A stretch of DNA of 59,128 bases, counting the filler. It is 6 parts of 6 records of this genome, joined end to end, with 100 filler letters (N's around TTAATTAATTAA, not from the genome) between each part and the next. Parts side by side here need not be neighbours in the genome. Positions count along the whole stretch, not along the records: positions 26,166 to 33,675 come from DRR723986_6931; positions 33,776 to 40,982 come from DRR723986_6933; 4 more parts are not named here. The stretch is one strand, 5' to 3'. The notes beneath the pieces were generated by a model. The model saw only the letters and a list, made by a program, of their open reading frames with translations, made no database searches and was not told the DNA's origin. Numbering within the stretch: position 1 is the first letter of the stretch; every line of letters starts with the position of its first letter. Shown here piece after piece: positions 27,323 to 37,532 of this stretch. The translations under genes and the position numbers were made by a program.

Positions 27323-27940
27323 ATGATGAGCAACAGTGCCAATCTGGAATGTGCGATTAATGCCATCGACCAGGCAAACCAGCAGGATCCCAACCGTGAG
27401 GAAATAGGCGGTGAATCCCTTCCCAGGGAATACGCCTACAGCCTGCACATGACCCGCTGGCTGTTTGAACTGGAGCCGGAACCTTCCGAGCGCATGCAGA
27501 TCGCCTGTCGGGCCCAACATATCGAGCGCTGGACCATGCCCCGCAGTGACTATGGTGAGGGCCGCAAGAATTACTATCAATGGCGTCAGGCCTGCGGCCG
27601 CATGCATGGTCGCCGGGCAGCGGAGATCATGGCGGCTTGCGGTTACCCGAAAGCGGAGTGCGAACGGGTCGAAACCATTCTGACCAAGCGTAAACTGCGG
27701 GAAGACGAAGACACCCAGTTGCTGGAAGATGTGGCGTGTATGGTGTTTCTGGAGCGCTATTTTGCGCAATTCTTTGAAGACAACCCGGATTACGACAAAG
27801 AAAAATGGCTGCGCATTGTGCGCCGGACCTGGGGAAAAATGACACCCCGTGGCCACAGTGCCGCTCTGAAGCTGGCCGAGGGCATGCCCGCTCACCTGTT
27901 GGCTTTGCTGCAGGAGGCGCTTGCCGCACCCGCTGAGTGA
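27323..27940 (+). CDS. DUF4202 domain protein
   Basis: IDQANQQDPN, RAQHIERW..PRSDY, QLLEDVACMVFL and RTWGKM motifs. Confidence 0.85.
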   Translation: MMSNSANLECAINAIDQANQQDPNREEIGGESLPREYAYSLHMTRWLFELEPEPSERMQIACRAQHIERWTMPRSDYGEGRKNYYQWRQACGRMHGRRAAEIMAACGYPKAECERVETILTKRKLREDEDTQLLEDVACMVFLERYFAQFFEDNPDYDKEKWLRIVRRTWGKMTPRGHSAALKLAEGMPAHLLALLQEALAAPAE

Positions 27941-27969
27941 ATCCTGCACTTGAGCTACCGTCATCCGTT

Positions 27970-27991
27970 GCATATGATATGCATTATCATT
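27970..27991. promoter_or_regulatory. Fur box upstream of the two-component operon
   Basis: GCATATGATATGCATTATC matches GATAATGATAATCATTATC at 14/19 positions; iron-uptake context. Confidence 0.75.
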
Positions 27992-28010
27992 TGGCAATGG
28001 GTGGCAAACC

Positions 28011-28715
28011 ATGGCGACACTGGCCGACCGAAATCCGAAAATCCTGATTGTCGAAGACGATCAGTCCCTCAGTGATCAGCTGTCCGGATTGCTGGCGTCC
28101 CGAGGCTACCAGGTGGTGCAGAGCTACGAGGGCGATCAGGCACTGATCACCGCTATGGGGCAGCGGCTGGATCTGATTCTTCTGGATGTGCTGCTGCCGC
28201 GCATGAACGGCTTCGAATTCCTGGAGAAGCTCCGTAAAACCCGCCAGACCCCGGTCATGATGCTGACCGCCTGTGGTGCCGAGCAAGAGCGCATTATGGG
28301 GTATCAGCAGGGGGCTGATGACTATGTGCCAAAACCTTTCAGTTTCACCGAATTGCTGTTGCGAATTGAGGCGTTGCTGCGACGCACCCTGGGCGAAACC
28401 GATCAGCGCGCAGACCCTGCCACACTGGCTGCCGGTGAGTTAAAGCTTGATCGTCATGCCATGACCGTCAGCTTTCAGGGGAATCCGGTCTCGCTGACTC
28501 CCATCCAGTTTCGCCTGCTCTGGACTCTGGTGTTGCATCAGAGCGAAGCGTTGAGCAAACCCTATCTCTACCAGGTGGTGCTGGAGAAAGAGTTCAGTCG
28601 CTACGATCGAAGCCTGGACATGCACCTGAGCCGGGTGCGTCGCAAGTTGGTGGAGGCCGGCGTTGCCGGTGACCGACTGCAGACAGTGCACGGCAAGGGG
28701 TATTGCTTCCAGTGA
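28011..28715 (+). CDS. OmpR family response regulator (PfeR/PirR-like)
   Basis: ILIVEDD, LLDVLLP, GADDYVPKPF and RSLDMHLSRVRRKL..TVHGKGY motifs. Confidence 0.93.
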   Translation: MATLADRNPKILIVEDDQSLSDQLSGLLASRGYQVVQSYEGDQALITAMGQRLDLILLDVLLPRMNGFEFLEKLRKTRQTPVMMLTACGAEQERIMGYQQGADDYVPKPFSFTELLLRIEALLRRTLGETDQRADPATLAAGELKLDRHAMTVSFQGNPVSLTPIQFRLLWTLVLHQSEALSKPYLYQVVLEKEFSRYDRSLDMHLSRVRRKLVEAGVAGDRLQTVHGKGYCFQ

Positions 28716-30061
28716 ATCGTCGTTTGTGGTGGAAGCTGTCAGGAACCCTGGCGCTGGGAACGCTGGTGTTGTTCTGGGTGATCTCCTTTCTGGGGGCCAC
28801 TACTGAACAGCAGATGAGTTTTATTGCCCGCAAGCATCAGGAGACCCTGCAAGACTGGGGGCACACAGCAGAGCGTCTGTACCTGGCCGGCGACGAACAG
28901 GCCCTTGCCCGTTGGCTGGAGCAACTGCAACGGGACGAAAACACCTGGGCGGCGGTGGTTCGGTCCGAGATACAGCCGCTGGCTGGCAGTGAACTGTCAT
29001 CACAGTTTCAGGAGGGTTTTCGGCTTGGACGCAACGTGGAATGGAAGATCCATCTGTATTTCACCGAAAACCCGATCATGGATCTTACCTTCGCCGATGG
29101 CCATACCCATTTCCTGATTACCCTGCCTCAGCGTATGCGGCCGGGCGCTTACCTGCCGGAGGCGCGGCTATTCCTGAAAGCTGCCCTGCCACTGACGGTG
29201 CTGCTGGCATTGTGTCTGGTGATTTACCGGCACCTGATGAATCCCGTTCGCCAGCTGGAACTGGCAACCCGTCAGTTCAGTGAGGGTAATCTGGGCGCCA
29301 GAGCTAGGGCTCTGCTAGGTAACAGAAATGACGAACTGACGGCGCTGGCAGAGACCTTTGACCAGATGGCTGAGCGGATCGGCGATCTGATCCAGTCCCA
29401 GCGCCGGTTGATCTCCGATCTCTCCCATGAGCTGCGAACGCCCCTGACCCGGATTGATATGGCCATCAGTTGCGTAGAGGAAGGGATCGATACCCAGCAT
29501 TTCCTGCCCCGGATACGGCGGGAGTGCGATCTGATGCGCGCCCTGGTGGAGGACACCCTGACCCTGGCCTGGCTGGAGAACGAGCAGCCGGAGCTCAACC
29601 AGGAGGATCTGGATCTGACCGATCTGGTGGATACCATTGCGGAAGACGCCCGCTACGAGTACCCGGAGCATAATATCAGGACCGAGCTTCCGGAACAGGC
29701 GGAGATTCGGGGTACCAGTCATCGGGCGTTGGCACAGGCCATTGAAAATGTGGTCCGTAATGCCTGCAAGTATACGCCGGCCGGTGGCACGGTAATGATA
29801 CGGCTGCAGGAGGAAGCCGGTGGGTACCGGCTGTCGGTGGAGGACGACGGGCCGGGTGTTCCGGCCGAGCAACTGGAGGCGATCTTCCGGCCGTTTTTCC
29901 GTGCCACACGGATCCGGGAAAGTGTGCCGTCTGGCCATGGCCTGGGGTTAGCGCTGGCAAGCCGGCATCTGGATGCCATAGGGGGGCGAATCCGGGCCTG
30001 TAATCTCGCGGGGAACGGTGGTCTGGCGATGCATTTGTGGTTGCCTGCAGTCCGGATGTAA
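28712..30061 (+). CDS. Sensor histidine kinase (PfeS/PirS-like)
   Basis: Two TM segments, HAMP, DLSHELRTPL, ENVVRNACKY, DDGPG and GHGLGLA motifs. GTGA overlap with the regulator. Confidence 0.93.
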   Translation: MNRRLWWKLSGTLALGTLVLFWVISFLGATTEQQMSFIARKHQETLQDWGHTAERLYLAGDEQALARWLEQLQRDENTWAAVVRSEIQPLAGSELSSQFQEGFRLGRNVEWKIHLYFTENPIMDLTFADGHTHFLITLPQRMRPGAYLPEARLFLKAALPLTVLLALCLVIYRHLMNPVRQLELATRQFSEGNLGARARALLGNRNDELTALAETFDQMAERIGDLIQSQRRLISDLSHELRTPLTRIDMAISCVEEGIDTQHFLPRIRRECDLMRALVEDTLTLAWLENEQPELNQEDLDLTDLVDTIAEDARYEYPEHNIRTELPEQAEIRGTSHRALAQAIENVVRNACKYTPAGGTVMIRLQEEAGGYRLSVEDDGPGVPAEQLEAIFRPFFRATRIRESVPSGHGLGLALASRHLDAIGGRIRACNLAGNGGLAMHLWLPAVRM

Positions 30062-30141
30062 CAAATGTAAAACTGGTTCACTTCGCGACACAAGTTATCG
30101 AGAATGCACTCCAAATACGAATCATTTGCATAATGGAGTGC
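30056..30141 (+). promoter_or_regulatory. TonB receptor control region: ATGTAA direct repeat, Fur-like box and RBS-containing inverted repeat
   Basis: ATGTAA at 30056 and 30065; AAATACGAATCATTTGCA Fur-like site; GCACTCCA (30106-30113) / TGGAGTGC (30134-30141). Confidence 0.5.
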
Positions 30142-30148
30142 GGTCGTG

Positions 30149-32122
30149 ATGGCAAATTCCTCACCGATGAAACAACCCCGGCGCTTTCGTCGCAACACCC
30201 TCTGGCTGGCGCTGATGGCAGCACCTCTGGCTCATGCACAGCCGGTTTCCCTGGATCCTATTCAGGTAACCGCAGACCGTGAGGCGGACGCCGATACTGT
30301 GATCGATGCAGAGACCATAGAGCGTTTCCAGGCGGACGATCTGGAAGACGTCTTTGCGGGCCAGCCAGACGTGAGCGTTGGTGGGTCCAACAGCATCGCC
30401 CAGAAAGTTTATGTCCGAGGCTTTGAAGACCCGCTCTTGAACGTATCCGTGGATGGTGCCACCCAGGCTGGGGCACTGTTCCATCACTCCGGTCGACTGT
30501 CGGTGGAGCCGGAGTTGCTCAAGCAGGTTGCAGTCAATGCCGGGGCTGGCCGGGCCACCGAAGGAGCAGGCGCCCTGGGCGGATCAATCCGCTTTGTTAC
30601 CAAGGATCCGGACGATTTGTTGCGGCCAGGCGAAAGCGCCGGGGCCGTGGTTAAATTCGGCTCTTTCTCCAACACCGATGGCTACAAGGCCAGTGGCACG
30701 GCCTTTGGTCGGCTGAGTGATAACTGGAGCACTCTGGTGTCTGTCAGCCAGAGTGACCACGAGCCGTTCAAGGATGGCAGTGGCGACCGTATTGCCGGTA
30801 GTGATGCCCGTCAGCAGCTGGGGTTTGCGAAACTGGTGGGCCAGTTGCCGGCCGATCAGACTATCAAGCTCAGTCATGAAGTACGTACCGATGAGGGGGA
30901 ACGGCCCCAGCGTCCACAATGGGTTGTCAGTAGTTTCAATCGCCTTTACGAACTGGATGGCCGACGGGACACCACTACCCTCAACTACGGATACGCTCCT
31001 GCAGGCAATGCCCTGGTGGATCTTGAGGCAACCGTATACCACACCGAGTCTGACATCGAACAGAACGTTGAGGATCGCTGGGGCCGTTACTTCGGGTTTA
31101 GCCGGAACATCGGCGGCGACCTTCGTAATACCAGTCGTTTTGGCGAGCACAGCCTGACCTACGGTGTTGATTATCGTGAGGACAAGGTGAACGCGGGGTA
31201 TCAGGAGGACAAGCGGGCCGAGCAACAGACCGGTGAAGTGCTGGGCGTTTACCTGCAGGGCGATCTATGGCTCACCAGCCGTCTGCTGTTCAGTGCCGGC
31301 GCCCGTTATGACGACTACCGGCTCAAGGACAACGATGATCAGCGCTTCAGTGAAGACGAGGTCAGCCCGAATGCCAACCTGGCCTGGGAGGTGGTGGACG
31401 GTCTCACCCTGAAAGCTGGTTATGCCGAAGCCTTCCGGGGGCCAACCACTCAGGACTCCTTCAAGCTGGAAGGTTCTGAAAACGATCCGGATCTGGAAGG
31501 CGAAAAAGCCCGGAATACCGAGGTCGGTTTCGATTACCGCTACGAGACTTTCCGGCTGTCGGCCGAGGTGTACCGTTCTGAAATCAAGGACGCCATTGCT
31601 GATCCGTTGCTGCCGTTCCGGGAATCCATCTACAAGAACATCGGTGATCTCGAGTCTGACGGCTACCTGATCTCGGCCGGTTATCAATGGCAGGCACTTT
31701 CCGCCGGACTGAGCTTCCACAGTAACGATGCCGAAGTGGATGGCCAGCCGTTGACGGTGTACGAGCACAATCTGCTGGGTAACACCATGGGAGATACCTG
31801 GATTGCCGACCTGGCGTACCGCTGGGATCGAAACCTGGAGTTTGGCTGGCAGGGCCGGTTTGTTGAGGGTATCGATAATCTGGACACCTCTGTTGGCACC
31901 ATCGACAAGCCCGGATACGGTGTGCACGACCTGTATCTGCACTGGTTACCCACCGGCAATGAGGATCTGCGGCTGAGTCTGACCATCAAGAACGTCGGCG
32001 ACAAGCAGTACCTGGCTCATGCCAGCAATGCCGATTACCAGCATATTGAGGACTATGAGGGAATCGTTGGCATGCCGGAGCCGGGGCGGGACATCCGTGT
32101 TGGCCTGGCCATGCGGTTCTGA
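30149..32122 (+). CDS. TonB-dependent siderophore receptor (FetA/VctA-like)
   Basis: TonB box DPIQVTA, plug motifs YVRGFE and GAGALGGSIRFVTK, NVGDKQY, C-terminal PGRDIRVGLAMRF. Confidence 0.94.
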   Translation: MANSSPMKQPRRFRRNTLWLALMAAPLAHAQPVSLDPIQVTADREADADTVIDAETIERFQADDLEDVFAGQPDVSVGGSNSIAQKVYVRGFEDPLLNVSVDGATQAGALFHHSGRLSVEPELLKQVAVNAGAGRATEGAGALGGSIRFVTKDPDDLLRPGESAGAVVKFGSFSNTDGYKASGTAFGRLSDNWSTLVSVSQSDHEPFKDGSGDRIAGSDARQQLGFAKLVGQLPADQTIKLSHEVRTDEGERPQRPQWVVSSFNRLYELDGRRDTTTLNYGYAPAGNALVDLEATVYHTESDIEQNVEDRWGRYFGFSRNIGGDLRNTSRFGEHSLTYGVDYREDKVNAGYQEDKRAEQQTGEVLGVYLQGDLWLTSRLLFSAGARYDDYRLKDNDDQRFSEDEVSPNANLAWEVVDGLTLKAGYAEAFRGPTTQDSFKLEGSENDPDLEGEKARNTEVGFDYRYETFRLSAEVYRSEIKDAIADPLLPFRESIYKNIGDLESDGYLISAGYQWQALSAGLSFHSNDAEVDGQPLTVYEHNLLGNTMGDTWIADLAYRWDRNLEFGWQGRFVEGIDNLDTSVGTIDKPGYGVHDLYLHWLPTGNEDLRLSLTIKNVGDKQYLAHASNADYQHIEDYEGIVGMPEPGRDIRVGLAMRF

Positions 32123-32130
32123 GGCCCGTG

Positions 32131-33279
32131 ATGTTGCGTTACCAAATCACAGCCGCCCTGATGGGCGGCGTTTTCTGTTTACTGGCTGAGCTCTCCCTGG
32201 CGGCGGACACGGTTACCGATCTGGCGGGGCGGACGGTAAAGCTGCCGGACCGTGTCGAGCGAGTGATCCTGGGAGAGAGTCGCTACATTCCCGCGCTTGC
32301 CATACTGGAGGGAGAGCACCTGCCTGACCGTCTTGCGGGGCTGTTACCGGATTTCGAAATGACGGATCCGGGCGGCTATGCGCAGTACCTGAAAGCTTTC
32401 CCGTCACTGGCGGATATTCCCCGGGTGGGGCACACCTCGGCTGACAGTTTCAGTCTGGAAAGTGTGCTTGCCATGGGGGCTGACCTGGCCATCTTCAGTC
32501 TCGAGGGCCACGGTCCCGGCGCCCATAACCGGGCACTGATTGATAGCCTTCAGCGAGCGGGCGTGGCAGTGGTGTTTATCGATTTTCGGCAGGATCCTCT
32601 GGTCAATACACCCAGGAGCATGGCTGTTCTGGGCGAAGTTCTCGGGCGTCAGGATGAGGCCGAGGTCTTCAACCGGTTCTACCAGCAACAGCTTGCCCGG
32701 GTCACCGGCGTGGTGGCCGAGATTCCGCGAAGCGACTGGCCCAGCGTGTTCCTGCACAGTCGTCTGGGTCGGCATGACAACTGCTGTGAGACCATGGTGG
32801 CGGGGATGATGGGGCACTTCATCGAGGCTGCTGGCGGTAAGAATGTGGCGCAAGGCCGGGTTCCCGGGGTCAGTGGTGTGCTCAATCTGGAATATCTGAT
32901 CAGTGAGCCACCCCGGCGTTACGTAGCCACTGCTATTGGCTCCCGACGCTATCAGGCGTCCGAAACCGACCATGCTTACGTGATGCTAGGGGCCGGTATT
33001 GATGAGCAGACGGCCAGGGCATCCCTTCTCCGGGCCACTGATCGTCCGGGGCTGCGAGCGGTAAAACCCATTCGAGAGGGGCGGGCCATGGCTATCTGGC
33101 ACCACTTCTACAACACGCCCATGAACGTGGTGGCGGTCCAGGCTCTGGCCCGGTGGTTCCATCCGGCAGCGTTTGGTGAGCTGGATCCAGGTGCGACCCT
33201 GGCGGAATTCTACCGGCGATTCCAGCCAGTGCCGCTTGACGGAGTCTATTGGGTGACAGCCGGGGAGGCGCAGAAATGA
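32131..33279 (+). CDS. Iron-siderophore ABC periplasmic binding protein
   Basis: Signal peptide; TVTDLAGRTVKLP..VERVILGE, FSLESVL and LARWFHP motifs. Confidence 0.9.
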   Translation: MLRYQITAALMGGVFCLLAELSLAADTVTDLAGRTVKLPDRVERVILGESRYIPALAILEGEHLPDRLAGLLPDFEMTDPGGYAQYLKAFPSLADIPRVGHTSADSFSLESVLAMGADLAIFSLEGHGPGAHNRALIDSLQRAGVAVVFIDFRQDPLVNTPRSMAVLGEVLGRQDEAEVFNRFYQQQLARVTGVVAEIPRSDWPSVFLHSRLGRHDNCCETMVAGMMGHFIEAAGGKNVAQGRVPGVSGVLNLEYLISEPPRRYVATAIGSRRYQASETDHAYVMLGAGIDEQTARASLLRATDRPGLRAVKPIREGRAMAIWHHFYNTPMNVVAVQALARWFHPAAFGELDPGATLAEFYRRFQPVPLDGVYWVTAGEAQK

Positions 33280-33675
33280 CGCCCGTGCAGTATAGGCAAG
33301 ATGCGGGACTGAAATCGTCTGACACCAGGGCGTCCTCGCTGGCCGATGACTATCGGCGTTTTGTCTGGCGCCGGGTGTTATGCCTGGGAGGGTTGACCCT
33401 CGCGGCGATGACAGCACTGCTGGTGGATATTGCCAGCGGGCCGTCGATGTTGGGATTGCTGGATGTGTTCAGAGGACTACTCAACCCTGAGGGTATCGAT
33501 GCCGGCACCCGCGTAATCATTGAAGATATCCGGCTGCCCTACGCGTTGATGGCGGTGGTGGTCGGCGCTTGCCTTGGCCTTGCCGGGGCGGAGATGCAGA
33601 CGGTATTGAATAATCCGCTGGCCAGCCCGTTTACCCTGGGCGTCGGTGCGGCTGCCACCCTGGGGGCGTCGCTGG
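33276..33675 (+). CDS. FecCD family iron ABC permease (3' truncated)
   Basis: DIRLPYALMAVVVGACLGLAGAEMQTVLNNPLASPFTLG motif. Confidence 0.92.
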
Positions 33676-33775
33676 NNNNNNNNNNNNNNNNNNNNNNNNN
33701 NNNNNNNNNNNNNNNNNNNTTAATTAATTAANNNNNNNNNNNNNNNNNNNNNNNNNNNNNNNNNNNNNNNNNNNN
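33676..33775. other. Artificial contig spacer
   Basis: N44-TTAATTAATTAA-N44. Confidence 0.98.
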
Positions 33776-34105
33776 CTGGTCGCCCGGCACCACCTTGCGG
33801 CGGAATTTGCAGCCATCAATTCCCATGAAATAAATCAACAGGTCGCGATCGGCCAAATCCATGGCCACGCCCACCATCACCGCCGCGGTTTGCGCCATCG
33901 CCTCGACAATTGTGACACCGGGCATAATGGGGGTGCCGGGGAAATGGCCCTGAAAATGCGGCTCGTTCATCGTGACATTTTTCAGCCCCACCGCGGTGCT
34001 GGTGCCATCAATATCGACCACACGATCAACCAGCAAAAACGGGTAGCGATGCGGCAAAATGCGCTGGATCAGCTGGATATCGGCAGATTTAAGCGTGTCA
34101 CTCAT
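33776..34105 (-). CDS. fabZ: 3-hydroxyacyl-ACP dehydratase FabZ (3' truncated)
   Basis: [14 protein letters not shown] and [22 protein letters not shown] motifs. Confidence 0.97.
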
Positions 34106-34184
34106 GAATGGCCCCTCGGTTTTATCCACGGTTTCCGTGGCAGTTGGATTTCACTACCAACTTGGCAGCCCTTGGGCAAGCACG

Positions 34185-34793
34185 CTACTGCTGCGCTGCG
34201 GGGCCAGGCGTTTGGCTGCTGGCGGCAAAGGCATCATCTAACCGCTGAATGGCCAGGTCGGTGATATCCACCTGTTCGAGGCTTAGAACCGTGCTGCGCA
34301 CCTCTAGGATCACGGCCGCACCCGCCTCGCGCATCAGGGCCGATAGCACGGGCACGGCGGCCTGTTCAAAGCGGCTGCGCAGATCATCGCGTTTGCGGGC
34401 CAAAATGCTTTCCGCGTCGCGGCGTTCTTGGCGGATTTTCTGAACCTTTTCGTCAAACGCGCTGGCGGCCTTGCGAAACGCATCGGCTTGCATCGTATTG
34501 CGGGCCTTGGTCAGCGCCAGCTCTTCTGCCTCGAGCTGGCTGGCGATTTCGGCATTCGCCGCCTCTAGGCGCGCGCGTTCTGCCTCGTAATCGGCCGACA
34601 TTTGCTGCCCCATCCGCGAGCCTGCGATAAATTGCTCGTAATTCAGGGTCAGCACGGGGCTGCGAATAACCGCGGGCGCATCGGCCCGGGCGGTTTGTGC
34701 CTGCGCCTGCCCCGCCCCAACTACGCAAAGGGCCGCCCCAAGGGCGACCCCGATAGAAGCGCCCGCGCGGCAAAGAAAGCCCGCGCGCCGCAT
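34185..34793 (-). CDS. ompH: OmpH/Skp periplasmic chaperone
   Basis: Signal peptide, long coiled coil, VDITDLAIQRLD; lies between bamA and fabZ. Confidence 0.85.
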   Translation of the reverse strand: MRRAGFLCRAGASIGVALGAALCVVGAGQAQAQTARADAPAVIRSPVLTLNYEQFIAGSRMGQQMSADYEAERARLEAANAEIASQLEAEELALTKARNTMQADAFRKAASAFDEKVQKIRQERRDAESILARKRDDLRSRFEQAAVPVLSALMREAGAAVILEVRSTVLSLEQVDITDLAIQRLDDAFAASSQTPGPAAQQ

Positions 34794-37204
34794 CAGAATT
34801 TCGTGGAAACCGTGATTTCGAAGGTCTGCTCTTCGTCCATCGCCTGTTTTTTCAAGGCTTTGGTAAAGTTAAAGCGCAGCGGCCCCAGCACGGTATCCCA
34901 AAACAGTGAAAAGCCCACAACCTGGCGCCAGTTTTGGCCCGAGTATTCCACAAAGGTGCTGCCGTAATCGTAATCGATCCCCCAAAGCGAGCCGATATCG
35001 TAGAACACACCGCCCGACATGCCGTATTCCTCGGGCAGGCCCAGCGGGAATTCCGCCTCGAGCTTGGCAACAGCGTAGATATTGCCACCTAGCGAGTCGT
35101 TGGCAGCGACCCTAGACAAGCCGTTTATTGGCGGGGGCAACGTTTTACCAATGCTGTTTTCGCGCGGGCCAATGCCATCGGGGGTAAAGCCGCGCATGAT
35201 GCTGGTGCCAATCTGGAAGCGGTCGATCGAGCGGCTGTTTTGGTCTTTGAACTGCAGCAAGCCGCCTTCGACACTGGCGCGCAATGTTACCTCTTCACCC
35301 CAAACCTTGGTTTCGGTCAGCGCCTTGGCCTTGGTGCGCAGATATTTTGTATCGCCCCCCAGCCCCGAGAATTCTTGTCCAAATTCAAACATATGCTTGG
35401 TGTTCGGATCCAGGCTGCGCAGGCTGGAATCGAATTTGTAATTATAGCCAACCAGGCTGCTCCACAGCCCACCCTGGTTTGATTCTGCGCGCACAATGCT
35501 GTTTGCGACCAAGTAATTGAAGTCTGAAAACAGCAAGTAATCTTCTGTCATCTCCAGCCGCTGGGCCGCGTAATACACGCTTATGCGGCCACGGTCGCTG
35601 GTGGGAAAGCCCAGCGAGGGGCGAATGCGCGTGATCGTGCTGTCATAATTGGCAAAGTTGTTATCGGTTTCGCTATAGGCCAGATCCAGGCCAAAGGCCA
35701 AATCGCGGCCCAAGAACGCCGGTTCTTTGAAATTGATCGAATATACTTTCGATGCCGTTGCACCCGAAAAATTCAGCGCCAGCGATTGCCCGCGGCCCAA
35801 AAAGTTGGATTCGGTAAAGGATGTAACCAGCGAGAACCCACCGCTGGTGGCATAGGCACCGCCCAGCGACAGCGAGCCGGTGGGCTTTTCTTCGACATCT
35901 ACCTCGACCACCACCAGATCGGGGCGCGCGCCCTCGCGGGCATCGACCGAGACATCTTCAAAGAAATTCAGCGCGCGGATGCGTTCGGCGCTTTCGCGAA
36001 TTTCGCGGGGGTTGAACGGGTCGCCCTCGACCAGGCGGAACTGGCGGCGGATCACCTGATCTAGGGTAGTTGTGTTGCCCTCGATATCGATACGCTCGAC
36101 AAAAATACGCGGGCCGCGCACCAGTGCGAAATCAACATCCAAGGTAAAATCGCGGTCGTTGCGGGTGATGCGCGGCTCGACCCGCACAAAATTCAGGCCC
36201 TTTTGCAGCGCCAAACGCTCGAGCCGCGCGATCGAGTTGTCAACCAAGGCAGGCGAATACACGGTGCCCGAGCTAAGCTTGAGCGCGGCCAGGAATTCGG
36301 CCGCATCCACGCTGTTTAGATCGGTCGAGGTTGTGATCTTGCCAAAGCTGAATTGCTGGCCTTCATAAATGTTGAAATTCATGAAATAGCCATCGCGCTC
36401 GCGCGCCAGCTCGGCATTCACCCCAAGCACGCGGAAATCGACATAGCCGCGGCTTTGGTAGAAATCGCTTAGCACTTGTTTGTCAAATTCCACCCGGTCT
36501 TCGATCAGCGTATCGCGCTGGATCAAGGTGCGCAGCAAACCGGCCTGTTTGGTGGCCAGCACACCGCGCAAGCGGCGGTCGGAATAGGCTTTGTTGCCAA
36601 CAAAGCCGATACGCTCGACCTCGGTCAGGGCGCCTTCGAAAATTTCGAATACCAGATCAACGCGGTTGTCGCTGCGGCGGATGATACGGGGGGTGACACG
36701 CGCCGAAATGCGCCCGGCCTCGTTATAGGCCTCGGCGATTTTGGCGGCGTCATCTTCGGCGACATTGGCCGAAAACACCCGGCGCGGTTTGCTCTGCACG
36801 ATCTGTTGCAGCACCTCGTCGTTGATGCGGCGGTTGCCCTCGAAACTGATGCGATTGACGGTTGGAAATTCCGCCACTTTGATCACCAGCTGGTTGCCCT
36901 TTGGCGCAATTTCCACGCTTTCGAACAGGCCGGTGCCCAAAATACGCTGATAGGCCTCGTTCACCTCGGCGGCGCTGACAGTTTGGCCACGGGCGATTCC
37001 CGCGTAGCTGAGCACTGTGGCGTCTTCGATACGGGTGTTTCCCTCGATCGCAAAGCTGTCAAACTGATACGTTTGCGCACCAGCGGACCCGGGGAAAACC
37101 GCGTAAGATGTTGAAATCATTAATACCGATGCAAGAACCAAACGGCGGGCATTTTTAGCTGGTTCAAAAGCGTCAGTTTTCTGCGCGTCGCGAGCATAGG
37201 GCAT
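34793..37204 (-). CDS. bamA: Outer membrane protein assembly factor BamA
   Basis: POTRA repeats (IEGNTRIE, FEGNRRI, IEGNTTT), NFLGRGQ, MRGF, GPLRF and C-terminal Phe. Confidence 0.97.
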   Translation of the reverse strand: MPYARDAQKTDAFEPAKNARRLVLASVLMISTSYAVFPGSAGAQTYQFDSFAIEGNTRIEDATVLSYAGIARGQTVSAAEVNEAYQRILGTGLFESVEIAPKGNQLVIKVAEFPTVNRISFEGNRRINDEVLQQIVQSKPRRVFSANVAEDDAAKIAEAYNEAGRISARVTPRIIRRSDNRVDLVFEIFEGALTEVERIGFVGNKAYSDRRLRGVLATKQAGLLRTLIQRDTLIEDRVEFDKQVLSDFYQSRGYVDFRVLGVNAELARERDGYFMNFNIYEGQQFSFGKITTSTDLNSVDAAEFLAALKLSSGTVYSPALVDNSIARLERLALQKGLNFVRVEPRITRNDRDFTLDVDFALVRGPRIFVERIDIEGNTTTLDQVIRRQFRLVEGDPFNPREIRESAERIRALNFFEDVSVDAREGARPDLVVVEVDVEEKPTGSLSLGGAYATSGGFSLVTSFTESNFLGRGQSLALNFSGATASKVYSINFKEPAFLGRDLAFGLDLAYSETDNNFANYDSTITRIRPSLGFPTSDRGRISVYYAAQRLEMTEDYLLFSDFNYLVANSIVRAESNQGGLWSSLVGYNYKFDSSLRSLDPNTKHMFEFGQEFSGLGGDTKYLRTKAKALTETKVWGEEVTLRASVEGGLLQFKDQNSRSIDRFQIGTSIMRGFTPDGIGPRENSIGKTLPPPINGLSRVAANDSLGGNIYAVAKLEAEFPLGLPEEYGMSGGVFYDIGSLWGIDYDYGSTFVEYSGQNWRQVVGFSLFWDTVLGPLRFNFTKALKKQAMDEEQTFEITVSTKF

Positions 37205-37532
37205 GCGTTTACCATTCAGTAATCCAATTGATTACCTAGGTATCGGCAATGCCTTGGCTTGTCAAAAGACCAAAAGCGCAACCGCGCCCCTGCGGGCCAT
37301 GCATCGGCAAAAGGCGCGCAAGATGGGGGTTAGACCGGCTGTGCCTGGCTGGTTAACAGCAGCAAAACCACAATCAGGCCTGAAAACAGCACCCGGTCTT
37401 GATAAAGCCGCAAGATCAACCCCAAAGCACGGCTGCCACGTTGAATGGTTTGCATAATTGTCCCTGCCAAATTCCTTTGTTGCCGCCAAAGGTGGCAGGA
37501 AATTGGGGCAAGATTTGGGCGATCGCCGAGGT

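Noticed and set aside
34106..34184. No lpxD between ompH and fabZ; DnaA-box-like TTATCCACG
   Set aside because: As I recall, lpxD lies elsewhere in Rhodobacteraceae, and a single mismatched 9-mer is not significant.
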